Made by a program: the position numbers and the translations under genes
Notes under the pieces: generated by a model
What the model was told of the DNA's origin: nothing
Databases searched by the model: none
What the model saw: the letters and a program-made list of their open reading frames with translations, nothing else
Origin: a virus
Lineage: Duplodnaviria; Heunggongvirae; Uroviricota; Caudoviricetes
IMG/VR virus record: IMGVR_UViG_3300043470_002422
Direction: 5' to 3' (one strand)
DNA length: 64,000 bases
In this document: positions 44,335-54,096 of the stretch, in pieces
Position numbering within the stretch: position 1 is the first letter of the stretch
Layout of the letters: the number at the start of each line of letters is the position of its first letter

Positions 44335-45219
44335 ATGCCAGATCAGCCAAGCATACTAGGGGATGGAAACATCCAAGTTAAATATGGTCCTGAGATGGAA
44401 AATATTTACCCCTTTCTTACCACATTATCTGGTGAGAAAAGGGTTCTCTTTATTACCACTAGCAATCGTGGTGAATACATTTCAAGCAAGGGAGAAAAAC
44501 CAAAATCGACTAGACTCGCAGAGCACTTAGCAGATCTTCTAAAAGAAAAAGGAGTAGAGGTAGTAACAATGGATGCTGCCAAACTTAAAATCTACAATTG
44601 TCTTGGATGTGTTAGTGAGCTGAAGGGGAATATGTGTGGATCTCCTAAATCTAAATTAAAGGATCCTGAAAAAAATCCCCATGGTCATTTGAAATGCTGG
44701 GCCTCTCTGGATCATAAAGACGACGAATTATGGAAAATAGCAAATGAATTGTATAACTCTGATGCTGTTATATTCTTTGCTTCCAACAGATGGGGAAATC
44801 CAAATGCAATTTATCAAAAATTAATCGAAAGACTTGACTGGATAGAAAGCTCTTATACAACATATAATGGCCAAAATACAGTTAAAAATAAAAAAGCAGG
44901 AATGGTTCTGCTAGGCCAAAATTGGAGAGTTCAAGAATCTTTAGAGGTTCAGTATCACGTTTTGAATTTCTTCGGATTTGAAACACCCGAAGAACTATTT
45001 ATGGGATGGCAATTCACTAGAGATACAGACGACGAAGAACAAAGATCGTACCAGGAATCTTCAAGTTCTTTTGAACAATCTTGGGGGATGGAAATTCCAA
45101 ACAAAGAAGAAACCATTAAAAAAGAAGGTGGTTTGGTTAAAGAATCCACCGAGAGTAAATTTACTAACGTCAAGGTTTCAGACTTTAGCAGTTTTATATC
45201 TAAATTAAACTGGAAATAA
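44335..45219 (+). CDS. flavodoxin-like NAD(P)H-dependent FMN reductase / iron-sulfur-flavoprotein-like protein
   Basis: RVLFITTSNRGEY and CLGC...C motifs. Confidence 0.5.
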   Translation: MPDQPSILGDGNIQVKYGPEMENIYPFLTTLSGEKRVLFITTSNRGEYISSKGEKPKSTRLAEHLADLLKEKGVEVVTMDAAKLKIYNCLGCVSELKGNMCGSPKSKLKDPEKNPHGHLKCWASLDHKDDELWKIANELYNSDAVIFFASNRWGNPNAIYQKLIERLDWIESSYTTYNGQNTVKNKKAGMVLLGQNWRVQESLEVQYHVLNFFGFETPEELFMGWQFTRDTDDEEQRSYQESSSSFEQSWGMEIPNKEETIKKEGGLVKESTESKFTNVKVSDFSSFISKLNWK

Positions 45220-45420
45220 ATGATCAGAAAAGATACTCATATCTTTAAGGTCAAAGTCGACGGAAGTGAGGATCCTCACATCATCAAAGACATTTATATT
45301 ACTGAACCTGGGCATATTCTAGTTTCAGTTTACAACGAAAAAAAGAAGGTGTGTACTAATTACACCGTGTCTAAAATTCAGGAAGTTCTTCCTGACAAAA
45401 TCAAAATTATTAAGAATTAA
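45220..45420 (+). CDS. small hypothetical protein
   Basis: ORF only. Confidence 0.4.
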   Translation: MIRKDTHIFKVKVDGSEDPHIIKDIYITEPGHILVSVYNEKKKVCTNYTVSKIQEVLPDKIKIIKN

Positions 45421-46175
45421 AGATCTGGTAAACCACCAATCTTTTTAGCTCTATTCTTATAGAGAGTGTAGATTTCTTGTTTCTTGTTAGCAGGAACAAT
45501 TCCTTTAGCTATTCTATCATTTAAGAATTTGATGATCATTTCTTGAAAAGGTCTTTTTCTAGTTTTTGCCTCTGCATAGATTCCATGTAGATTAGCATCA
45601 ACCTCATCTTTTAGTTTATAGTACTTATAATAGTTTTCTGGATTTGATTGGATTTTAATCCTCTGAGCATAATTTCTCTTCATTGCCTTAGCAGGAATAG
45701 TATTCCATCCTCTCTGGGTTAAATGCTCTATCTCATGTCTGATTAAATTTCTCAACTCTGGTGCAAGTTCTACATAACATTGAGGTTCAGTAGCAGGATT
45801 TACAGTAAGTTCAATATAGAGAATTGCTGGGTCCTCGTCTGCATTACCGTCCAGAATAAAAGATTCGGTGTATGTAGGAGCTTCGTCCCTTACGATAACC
45901 AATTTAACAAAGACGTCAAGATTTGTACCCGGATCTAAATAGTTTCCAACGTCCAAGAATTGCATGTCGTCTATTAGAGTTTCAAAACTTGGAACATCGT
46001 CTTTTTCGGTGTACCTAATTTTTACTCCTTCATATTCACCATTTGGTGTATTACTATCTTTTATGAGTTTCATAGCATCGGCTGAAATTTGACCAACTAA
46101 TCTGTCATACTTTCCTTCGAAAAGAAAACCCTCAGATTCGGAAATAAAATCAGCAAAAGACTTAGTGAAACTCAT
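45417..46175 (-). CDS. hypothetical protein
   Basis: Minus-strand ORF in an operon with the next two genes. Confidence 0.5.
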   Translation of the reverse strand: MSFTKSFADFISESEGFLFEGKYDRLVGQISADAMKLIKDSNTPNGEYEGVKIRYTEKDDVPSFETLIDDMQFLDVGNYLDPGTNLDVFVKLVIVRDEAPTYTESFILDGNADEDPAILYIELTVNPATEPQCYVELAPELRNLIRHEIEHLTQRGWNTIPAKAMKRNYAQRIKIQSNPENYYKYYKLKDEVDANLHGIYAEAKTRKRPFQEMIIKFLNDRIAKGIVPANKKQEIYTLYKNRAKKIGGLPDL

Positions 46176-46587
46176 CCAATTTTTTAATTTTAAAAATTAA
46201 AGATTCCATGGCTCCCGGATATTTTCCGTTGTCGCTAGATCTCTCTGGATATTCGGTTAAATAAGGATCTTCTAATTTCACTTTCTTACCTTTATGATTA
46301 GAAACGGTTTTATCCTCGTAGTAAAGAAGATCTAAATCCATTAGGGATCCAAGCATTTTATCAACTTCAAAATCTTCTTCTTCTAAACCGGTTAGATTTA
46401 TAAACATTTCTATGGCATATTTCGGATCTATCCAACCCATCCCAGAAGTAACTATATCAATGATATTATCTGTAGCGGATTTAGGATCCATAGATTCGTT
46501 CAAAAACTCACCATATTCTTTAATATTGATTCCCATTTTTATAAAAGTTTTTTTGCTTCTTCGAAATCTTCTGCAGTTAAATTCCAT
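46162..46587 (-). CDS. hypothetical protein
   Basis: Overlaps its neighbours by a few codons. Confidence 0.5.
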   Translation of the reverse strand: MEFNCRRFRRSKKTFIKMGINIKEYGEFLNESMDPKSATDNIIDIVTSGMGWIDPKYAIEMFINLTGLEEEDFEVDKMLGSLMDLDLLYYEDKTVSNHKGKKVKLEDPYLTEYPERSSDNGKYPGAMESLIFKIKKLDEFH

Positions 46588-47285
46588 CCAGCTATTTTTT
46601 CTTTGATGAATTTCTTAGCTTCTGGATATGTTGCGTCAGTGTTATCTTTTAAATATGCTAACAATTTTTCTCTAATCGCCGGATGAATTCCTTCAGATTC
46701 TAAAATTTCTTCCGGAAACTCAAATTCTAAGCTTTCGGTTGTCAATTTAATTTCTGATAAAATCTTTTTCAATTCCTCCTGGACTTTTATTTTATCTCTT
46801 CTAGATGCTCCTCCTTGACCGATGAAAACATTAAATTCTTCGATCATATCATCGGTTAATTCCTCATCCAGTTCAACTAATGGTTTTTCTGAATTTTCCC
46901 AATCGTCTGTTCCAAATCCTATTTCCATCACCGGAACGTCGTTAGCAGCAGCTTCTATTCCCATTGAATCTGGATCTTGGTATTCTTGAGCATCTTCGTC
47001 CCAAATCTTGTAATTTTCCTCGAACTCCGGAGAGGTTGAATCAAAATAGAAAATGTAGTTTTTACCTGTTTTTTGATCTTTTAATGTTGCAAACTCAAGA
47101 AAATCTGTAGATGTTAATTTTAAGTTGTGCTTGGAGGGATTGATTCCTCTAAGATCCTCAACTTCTCTATAATCATCTTCTCTGTACCCGGGAGGGAGGT
47201 TTCCGGATGGAGAGGTAGTTACACCAAATAAGTCTGCCTCGTTATTTTTTAGATGAAATTCATCGAAAGATAAAATTTTTGCCAT
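46539..47285 (-). CDS. hypothetical acidic protein
   Basis: Class B motif on the minus strand (47302-47314) upstream of its ATG. Confidence 0.5.
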   Translation of the reverse strand: MAKILSFDEFHLKNNEADLFGVTTSPSGNLPPGYREDDYREVEDLRGINPSKHNLKLTSTDFLEFATLKDQKTGKNYIFYFDSTSPEFEENYKIWDEDAQEYQDPDSMGIEAAANDVPVMEIGFGTDDWENSEKPLVELDEELTDDMIEEFNVFIGQGGASRRDKIKVQEELKKILSEIKLTTESLEFEFPEEILESEGIHPAIREKLLAYLKDNTDATYPEAKKFIKEKIAGWNLTAEDFEEAKKLL

Positions 47286-47301
47286 TGATTTAAATTAATT
47301 T

Positions 47302-47314
47302 GTTTATATATCCC
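47302..47314 (-). promoter_or_regulatory. Class B motif (GGGATATATAAAC on the minus strand)
   Basis: Reverse complement of GTTTATATATCCC. Confidence 0.5.
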
Positions 47315-47454
47315 AGTCACATCAAAATCTTTTGTTTGAAATATTTCAATTATTTTTTAATTTTAAGAAACTTTTCTATAAAAACCATCTAAAAGAATTA
47401 CTTATATTCCCTGGAGAAGTATCTATTATTATCTAGGAGCCGCCGTTAAGGTCT

Positions 47455-47487
47455 CAACAAAAAACCCAAACTCGAAAGTCTGGGTTT
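47455..47487 (-). terminator. Rho-independent terminator on the minus strand
   Basis: Minus strand reads AAACCCAGACT-TTCG-AGTTTGGGTTT followed by TTTTTTG. Confidence 0.6.
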
Positions 47488-47505
47488 ACATAAGGTCTAT
47501 TCTTC

Positions 47506-48081
47506 TTATTTTAAACTTAGAAGGTATTTAGTTTGATCTATCAGACTCAAAATTTCCTGAATTATATTAAAGATTTCCGGATCTTTATTTTCATCGAATG
47601 CAGAGATACATTCTTCTCTGTAACAAACATCTAAATGAGCTATGAATCTAGGAAGTCCGTCTGGGGATTCTGGAGAATCGTAGTTATCTAATTTTAATGT
47701 TCTTTCCGAATCATTAAAAACGGGTCTACCATATTTTCCCATGATTGATTCTATCAAAGTATCTGAGATTTCAATAAACTCTTCAAAGAAATTATCTAAA
47801 GCTTTGTGCTCGGAATATGAATTGGTCTGCCAATGCAAAAGTTTTGCTTGAGTCATATTTTGAAGAACCCTACTTGCAACCTGGCTTGTTTTAGAGCTAG
47901 GGGTTTGGGTCTTATCTGGAGCTGCACTAGGAGTTTTGGGAATACTAATAGGTTTTAGAGGGATAATTTCCGCATCAGTCTCTACCTCCGGACCTTTGGG
48001 TTGTTCTGGGTTATATTTTCTTTTACCTGCAGGTTCTATAATTTCACCAAAGGCACTTAGATTTAATACGTTGTCCGCCAT
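47506..48081 (-). CDS. hypothetical protein
   Basis: Likely ATG start at 48081 (MADNVLNL); the ORF track extends to a TTG at 48111. Class B-like GATATATAAC sits upstream on the minus strand. Confidence 0.5.
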   Translation of the reverse strand: MADNVLNLSAFGEIIEPAGKRKYNPEQPKGPEVETDAEIIPLKPISIPKTPSAAPDKTQTPSSKTSQVASRVLQNMTQAKLLHWQTNSYSEHKALDNFFEEFIEISDTLIESIMGKYGRPVFNDSERTLKLDNYDSPESPDGLPRFIAHLDVCYREECISAFDENKDPEIFNIIQEILSLIDQTKYLLSLK

Positions 48082-48127
48082 ATATTTTTTTTCTTTTTTG
48101 TTATATATCAAGTACGACCGAAATTTT

Positions 48128-48141
48128 TTTAAAAATGCCGT
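48128..48141 (+). promoter_or_regulatory. Class A variant GCCGTATATTAAAT in a divergent promoter region
   Basis: Upstream of ATG 48155. The minus-strand class B-like motif at 48101-48113 is adjacent. Confidence 0.45.
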
Positions 48142-48154
48142 ATATTAAATAGAA

Positions 48155-48622
48155 ATGGAACAGATGTTTGACGAATGGAGAAGTCTAGGTGATCGTAAGA
48201 AAATTGATCCTATGAAACACCTAGCAGAATGGACTTTAGTAAATCCTGACTACAAGATTTACATTGGTTGTGACTCAAGTAATATGGGTGACAAGACCAC
48301 GTATGCTACCGTAATTGTTCTACACAAGGAGAATAAAGGTGGACACGTTATCTACAGCAGAAAGTCGGAGCCCAGAATTAAATCCAGATATGAGAGATTA
48401 TGGAAAGAAGTTGAACTCAGTGTTTCTGCTGCTCATCTGTTAGAAATGTGGGGATTCGGAAAACCGGACTTCATTGATATTGATTTAAACCCAGATCCTA
48501 GATACCAATCTAATACTTTACTAGCTTCTGCAGTTGGTATGGTGGAATCACTTGGAATCAAGGCTAGATGGAAATCTAAATCACCTTGGGCAATTTCTAT
48601 TGCTGACTCAATTTGCAGATAG
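48155..48622 (+). CDS. RNase H-like fold protein (YkuK/DUF458-like)
   Basis: IYIGCDSS...TYATVIVL pattern. Confidence 0.35.
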   Translation: MEQMFDEWRSLGDRKKIDPMKHLAEWTLVNPDYKIYIGCDSSNMGDKTTYATVIVLHKENKGGHVIYSRKSEPRIKSRYERLWKEVELSVSAAHLLEMWGFGKPDFIDIDLNPDPRYQSNTLLASAVGMVESLGIKARWKSKSPWAISIADSICR

Positions 48623-48654
48623 GGGAATATATAGTTTAAATCCATTAAAAAACT

Positions 48655-48915
48655 ATGGAATTAAACAAACCAGATCTTGATTTTTCCAATCCGCAAGAAG
48701 TCTTTAATACTACAGATAGAATAATCACAAATATAAAATCTCTAGAAAAGGAATTAGAAGCTATCCAATCTGCTTGTCCTCATCCAGACTACACGGTTAA
48801 AAATTTTAACATCCATGGAAATAATAATTTTTCTGTGAAGAAAGTTTGTGATCTGTGTCAAGCAGATATTGGATACCCAACCCAAGAGGAAGTAAATTCC
48901 TGGATTAGATCCTAA
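48655..48915 (+). CDS. small Zn-ribbon-like protein
   Basis: C..H spacing and CDLC. Confidence 0.4.
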   Translation: MELNKPDLDFSNPQEVFNTTDRIITNIKSLEKELEAIQSACPHPDYTVKNFNIHGNNNFSVKKVCDLCQADIGYPTQEEVNSWIRS

Positions 48916-48964
48916 TAAAATGAATCATTATGGATCATCTGATCTATAATAAAGAAATATAATT

Positions 48965-51094
48965 ATGACTGAAAACAATATAATTGGAGAGAACTTATTG
49001 GGAGATATCTTATACACTCCTCCTAAAATTTCAATGGGACCTATCGATGACGATGATATTGATGATGTTCCAAGCTACAAATCTAATCCAACCTCTTCAA
49101 CCACTCCTGCCCTAGATTCTTTTAGCAGGGATTTAACAGCTCTAGCTGCAAAGGGAGAACTTGATCCAATTGTAGGAAGAGATTCTGAGATCGAAAGAGT
49201 TTCTCAAATTCTAGGTCGTAGGAAAAAGAACAATCCAGTTCTAATAGGGGAACCCGGGGTTGGTAAATCAGCAATTGCCGAAGGACTAGCACTTAGAATT
49301 TTCCAAAGAAAGGTTTCTAGAAATCTACTAAATAAGAGAGTAGTTAGTTTGGATATGGGTCTAATTGTTGCCGGAACTAAATACAGGGGTCAGTTTGAAG
49401 AGAGAATGAAGTCCATTATGGATGAGCTAAGAAAAAATCCAGATGTAATTATTTTCATCGATGAATTGCACACTCTAGTTGGTGCCGGTGGTTCATCAGG
49501 ATCTTTGGATGCTTCTAACATGGTAAAACCTGCACTAGCAAGAGGGGAATTTCAATGTGTTGGAGCAACAACTCTAAATGAATATAGACAGTATATCGAG
49601 AAAGACGGAGCACTAGAAAGAAGATTTCAAAAAGTTATCATTGAAGCTCCAACTGCAGACGAGACAATTATAATTCTAAACAATATCAAGGCTAAGTACG
49701 AGGATCATCATAATGTTCAATACACTGACGATGCTATCATCAATTGTGTTAAGTTAACAGAAAGATACATTACCGACAGAAACTTCCCAGACAAAGCTCT
49801 AGATGCTTTAGACGAAGCGGGTAGCAGATCTCAATTAACCCAAGTTAAGGTTCCTGATGCATTGGTTAATTTAGAGAAGAATCTAGAGAAAACTACAGAG
49901 GAGAAAAAGAAGTGTGTTACCAAACAGGACTATGAAGGAGCTGCCAAATATAGAGATCTGGAAAGAAAGATTAAAGCTGGCATCGAATCGGAAACTAAAG
50001 CCTGGGAGCAAAAGCTAAAAGAGAAGAAGAAAATCGTAGACGGTGAAAAAGTTGCTGAAGTAGTTTCTTTGATGACTGGGATTCCTCTACAAAAGATCAG
50101 TCAGGACGAAAACGAAAGACTTGCTAAAATGGCTGAAGCTTTAAGAGATAGAGTTATTGGACAAAATGAAGCAGTTGAAAAAATATCAAAGGCAATTTTA
50201 AGAAATAGAATCGGTTTAAAAGACCCAAATCGTCCAATCGGATCATTTGTTTTTCTAGGACCTACCGGAGTTGGTAAAACCCAATTGGCTAAGGAATTGG
50301 CTAAAATGGTATTCGGTGATGCCGATGCAATGATTAGAGTTGATATGTCCGAGTACATGGAGAAATTCAATTCAACCAAATTGATTGGAGCTCCTCCAGG
50401 ATATGTTGGACACGAAGATGGTGGTCAATTAACAGAGAAAGTTAGAAGAAAGCCATATTCAGTAGTTCTATTTGACGAGATTGAAAAGGCCCATCCGGAT
50501 ATTTTCAACTCTCTATTACAAATTCTAGACGAGGGTATGATTACCGATGGATTAGGAAGAAAGATTAATTTTAAAAATTGTTTAATCATCTTGACTTCTA
50601 ACGTTGGTCAAAGAAAGGCTGCCGAATTTGGAGGAGGTGTAGGATTCAAATCTTTAGATAAGAGCAATGTGGAAAAAGAATCAAAGATCACGATCAGAAA
50701 AGAATTGGAAAAAACTTTCTCTCCGGAATTTCTAAACAGAATAGATGAAATTATAAACTTTAATTCTCTAACTCAAGATGATCTAATTAAGATTATAGAC
50801 GTTGAAATTAAAAAGATGACTCCGAGATTTGAAGATCTAGGGTTTAAATTAGTCATCTCTAAGGATCTAAAAGAAAAGATAGCAGAAAGAGGATATGACC
50901 CCAAATTTGGAGCAAGACCTCTGAAAAGACTTCTTCAAAAATATATCGAAGACACTATTGCAGAGCTCTTTATCCAAAAGAAAGTTGAATCAGGTTCTAA
51001 GATTACTCTATCCCTAGATTCTTCCAAAGATGCTGAGATCGAACCCCCAGTAAAGGTAAGAATCACAAATCCAAAAAAGGGCTCAGAAGAGTAA
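48965..51094 (+). CDS. ClpC/ClpA-family double-AAA+ unfoldase with a UVR-like insertion and no N-terminal Clp_N domain
   Basis: D1 Walker A GEPGVGKS and D2 Walker A GPTGVGKT. A UVR-like KKCVTKQDYEGAAKYRDLERKIK lies between them. Confidence 0.7.
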   Translation: MTENNIIGENLLGDILYTPPKISMGPIDDDDIDDVPSYKSNPTSSTTPALDSFSRDLTALAAKGELDPIVGRDSEIERVSQILGRRKKNNPVLIGEPGVGKSAIAEGLALRIFQRKVSRNLLNKRVVSLDMGLIVAGTKYRGQFEERMKSIMDELRKNPDVIIFIDELHTLVGAGGSSGSLDASNMVKPALARGEFQCVGATTLNEYRQYIEKDGALERRFQKVIIEAPTADETIIILNNIKAKYEDHHNVQYTDDAIINCVKLTERYITDRNFPDKALDALDEAGSRSQLTQVKVPDALVNLEKNLEKTTEEKKKCVTKQDYEGAAKYRDLERKIKAGIESETKAWEQKLKEKKKIVDGEKVAEVVSLMTGIPLQKISQDENERLAKMAEALRDRVIGQNEAVEKISKAILRNRIGLKDPNRPIGSFVFLGPTGVGKTQLAKELAKMVFGDADAMIRVDMSEYMEKFNSTKLIGAPPGYVGHEDGGQLTEKVRRKPYSVVLFDEIEKAHPDIFNSLLQILDEGMITDGLGRKINFKNCLIILTSNVGQRKAAEFGGGVGFKSLDKSNVEKESKITIRKELEKTFSPEFLNRIDEIINFNSLTQDDLIKIIDVEIKKMTPRFEDLGFKLVISKDLKEKIAERGYDPKFGARPLKRLLQKYIEDTIAELFIQKKVESGSKITLSLDSSKDAEIEPPVKVRITNPKKGSEE

Positions 51095-51104
51095 TATATA
51101 GAGC

Positions 51105-51299
51105 ATGATTTTTATAGATTTAAAGAAGGAGAAATCTCTGGATTCAGCTTTAAAGAAGCTAAAAAATAAATTTTCTGAACGTAAGACAAAAGACGAACTT
51201 AACGAGAGAAGAGAATTCACCAAACCATCTGTGAGAAGAAGAAATCAAATAAGAGACGCAAAGTATAGGCAATCTATCCGTACGTCCGAGATAAATTAA
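51105..51299 (+). CDS. rpsU: phage-encoded ribosomal protein bS21 homolog
   Basis: LDSALKKLKNKFSERKTKDELNERREFTKPSVRRRNQIRDA compares to E. coli bS21 [41 protein letters not shown]. Confidence 0.6.
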   Translation: MIFIDLKKEKSLDSALKKLKNKFSERKTKDELNERREFTKPSVRRRNQIRDAKYRQSIRTSEIN

Positions 51300-51301
51300 A
51301 T

Positions 51302-52168
51302 TTGAAAAATATAATTCTATATGAGGAATTTTCCGACGGATTGAACCGTTTGAGATCGATTTTCGAATCTCTAGAATCAAATCCTATTGCTAACATAGAG
51401 GTTTATAACCGAAATATGGAAGCATCCTATCCGGATAAATTATTCTTTTTAGATATTATAAATCCGGATGTTATCGTAGATTTTGGGTGTGCAGACGGAA
51501 CGATCCTTTCCAAGATGAAGGAGAAAAATCCAGATGTTAAATTGATAGGATACGATCTTAGTAAAGCTATGCTTGCTAAAGCAAGAGCTAAACTAGGACC
51601 AGACGTTTTATTAACCGATTCTTGGAGTGAGGTTCAATCTGAATTGGAATCTTATGATAAACCAGCTCTTGTATTATCTTCGGTAATTCACGAAGTTTAT
51701 TCTTATTCTCATCCTAAAGAAGTTAAAAAATTCTGGGAGGATAGAGTATTTGGTGGAGACTTTAAATGGATAGTAATCAGAGACATGATTCCTTCTGTTG
51801 AAATGAGTAGAAAAGAAGCATCCGAATTCCAGGACGATGTTGACAAAGTTAAATCTGCGGCAGATCCAAAATACTTAAAGTCTTACGAAGAAAAGTGGGA
51901 TGATATTGGAAGCAGCTATAAATTCTTAGCTCACTTTTTACTAAAATATAAATTCACAGATAACTGGACTAGAGAAGTAGCAGAAAACTATCTTCCTCTT
52001 TCTCTTGAAACTCTATACAAGAAAATACCTCCGGGATATGAAATTATTTTTGAAGATAATTTTGTTCTTCCCTATCTAAAAAAAGAAGTCAAAAAGGACT
52101 TCGATGTAGACATTAAGCACACTACACATGCTAAAATGATTATAGAAAATAAAAATTTTGAAAAATGA
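51302..52168 (+). CDS. class I SAM-dependent methyltransferase with a CTS-like leader (MKNIILYEEF)
   Basis: Motif I VVDFGCADGT. Confidence 0.5.
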   Translation: MKNIILYEEFSDGLNRLRSIFESLESNPIANIEVYNRNMEASYPDKLFFLDIINPDVIVDFGCADGTILSKMKEKNPDVKLIGYDLSKAMLAKARAKLGPDVLLTDSWSEVQSELESYDKPALVLSSVIHEVYSYSHPKEVKKFWEDRVFGGDFKWIVIRDMIPSVEMSRKEASEFQDDVDKVKSAADPKYLKSYEEKWDDIGSSYKFLAHFLLKYKFTDNWTREVAENYLPLSLETLYKKIPPGYEIIFEDNFVLPYLKKEVKKDFDVDIKHTTHAKMIIENKNFEK

Positions 52169-52464
52169 AAAATCTAGCACTCTATGAATCTTTCACCGAA
52201 TCTTTAAACGAATCAAGAACAAGAAAGAATCTAATGCACGAACTTCTTAACATTCCAGAAGATAAAAAAATCTCTGACATTTATAAGAGCGGTAAGAAAT
52301 TAGCAGAAGAATTGGTTGCAGCAATCAAGAAGAGCAACATAGTTCCAGAAAAAGAGGTTCAGAAAAAAGCTACCTCGATGCTAGCCTTTGTTGGTAACTG
52401 GCCTAATGATCCTAAGAATTCCGTTTTTGATGTTGCTCTGAGACACGTCAAATCTCTCTTTTAA
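52165..52464 (+). CDS. small protein with a CTS-like leader (MKNLALYESF)
   Basis: Leader only. Confidence 0.45.
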   Translation: MKNLALYESFTESLNESRTRKNLMHELLNIPEDKKISDIYKSGKKLAEELVAAIKKSNIVPEKEVQKKATSMLAFVGNWPNDPKNSVFDVALRHVKSLF

Positions 52465-52499
52465 GAAACTTATCTTTCTTTTCCTGGTATAAATCAAAT

Positions 52500-53255
52500 A
52501 TGATCAAAGATTCAGACATAGTTTTTGTTACCCCTTCTTTATCCACTAAATGGATAAATTATCAACAGAGTATATTAAAATCAAATTTTCCTGAAAGTTC
52601 CTTCATTGTCGTCGACGGAAGAGGGGGATGGCCAAAGTCCTGGTTTCTTTGGATAAATGAGGTTAAGAAAACAAATCAAAAATGGTATATCCATATCGAT
52701 GAAGATTGCTTCATCGAAAATAAATCTGAAGTAATTAAACTCCTTGAAAAAATGGAAATGGAAGATATTGGGATTTCTGCTATTTCTGAAGCATATTGTC
52801 ATTTCAGAGGAAACAATCCAGTAGCTTTCAACTCTTTCTTTTTGGCTGGTAGGGTTGAAGATTTGCAGCATGTCAATTTAGATATTAAAAATATCGATTT
52901 CAAATACGATGGACAAAATTGGAAGAATTCTTTAGGAATTCATTTTAAGAAAGAATATTTGGATGATTTCATATATCCTCACGATAAAATCTGGCCTCAT
53001 GATAATATAGAATCTGAATGCGAACCTTTTTATCTTTTCTGCTGGCTGATGAAGGAGAACAAAATAAAAATTCATTATCTTTACCCTTACTTTGATTCCA
53101 GATTTAAGTCAACCAATCCAAGGATTGAGAAAGATTCTCCTGACATAGCAATTCACATGTGGTACACTAGATTGTGCGACAGTCCTATGGACGTACACGG
53201 TCTTCCTAATAATGAAAGATATCGTAGATTGGAAGATTACCTTAATTCTAAATAA
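52500..53255 (+). CDS. hypothetical protein at the start of the glycosylation cluster
   Basis: ORF only. Confidence 0.45.
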   Translation: MIKDSDIVFVTPSLSTKWINYQQSILKSNFPESSFIVVDGRGGWPKSWFLWINEVKKTNQKWYIHIDEDCFIENKSEVIKLLEKMEMEDIGISAISEAYCHFRGNNPVAFNSFFLAGRVEDLQHVNLDIKNIDFKYDGQNWKNSLGIHFKKEYLDDFIYPHDKIWPHDNIESECEPFYLFCWLMKENKIKIHYLYPYFDSRFKSTNPRIEKDSPDIAIHMWYTRLCDSPMDVHGLPNNERYRRLEDYLNSK

Positions 53256-53292
53256 ATTCTAAATAAATTTGGATCTTTGATACATATTTTAT

Positions 53293-53514
53293 ATGCCAAA
53301 GAAAAAAATTAAGGAGGGGGAACTTTCTAGAAGAGAGCAAATGCTCATGAAAGAAAATGCTATCATCAAAGGAAAATTAGGATTTGCCCTTGGTGTATTG
53401 GAAACTGTTCAAATCTTAACTAGAAACGTAAGTCCTGAAATACTAGAGAAAAATCTGGAGCATCTGAGATTGACAATCCCGAGATCTCTAGAGGACCTTA
53501 GATCTGGTCTTTAA
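53293..53514 (+). CDS. small hypothetical protein
   Basis: ORF only. Confidence 0.4.
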   Translation: MPKKKIKEGELSRREQMLMKENAIIKGKLGFALGVLETVQILTRNVSPEILEKNLEHLRLTIPRSLEDLRSGL

Positions 53515-54068
53515 TCAACTTTAATCAGTTTAATTGTAGCACCTTTATATCCCTCTGCTTCTTTAGCAAGAGTTAAATTTTCTTGGCTATCATCAAAGAA
53601 AGTCAAATGCTTAAATCCTAAATCAATTAAATCTTTTATTGCTTCCTTTTTTCTATCTGCAATGGTTCCTTTATAACCATACTGAGGATCACTTATAGCA
53701 ATTACAAGTTGTGGATGTATGTCAATCCCATTTTCTAAAAAGAAGTCCCTCACGAGCTTGCTAGAGCTTCTAGCAGTCACAATAGCAACAGGGATTCCTC
53801 TCTTATAGTAGCTTTTGAGCTTGTTAAATATCTCATGGATAAATCTTCCCTGTCTTAGAATTTCAGGGTTTAGAAAATCCCCAAAATCCAGAACGTGCTT
53901 AGATGGTTTAGATTCGAATGTGTTGAATTCCTGAGGGGTTAAGGACTTGATAATTTTCCCGGTTTTTCTGTCTACAATTTTTATCTTTGCATCAGTTCTG
54001 ACAATAGTATCATCTAAATCAAAAATAACTAATCTGTTACCGGTATCTATTCCTTTAATTTCTATCAC
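53511..54068 (-). CDS. HAD-superfamily phosphatase
   Basis: Motif I FDLDDTIV, motif II VTARS, motif IV FFDDS. Confidence 0.55.
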   Translation of the reverse strand: MIEIKGIDTGNRLVIFDLDDTIVRTDAKIKIVDRKTGKIIKSLTPQEFNTFESKPSKHVLDFGDFLNPEILRQGRFIHEIFNKLKSYYKRGIPVAIVTARSSSKLVRDFFLENGIDIHPQLVIAISDPQYGYKGTIADRKKEAIKDLIDLGFKHLTFFDDSQENLTLAKEAEGYKGATIKLIKVD

Positions 54069-54096
54069 TCTTTGGGATAATTTCCCTTATATATTT

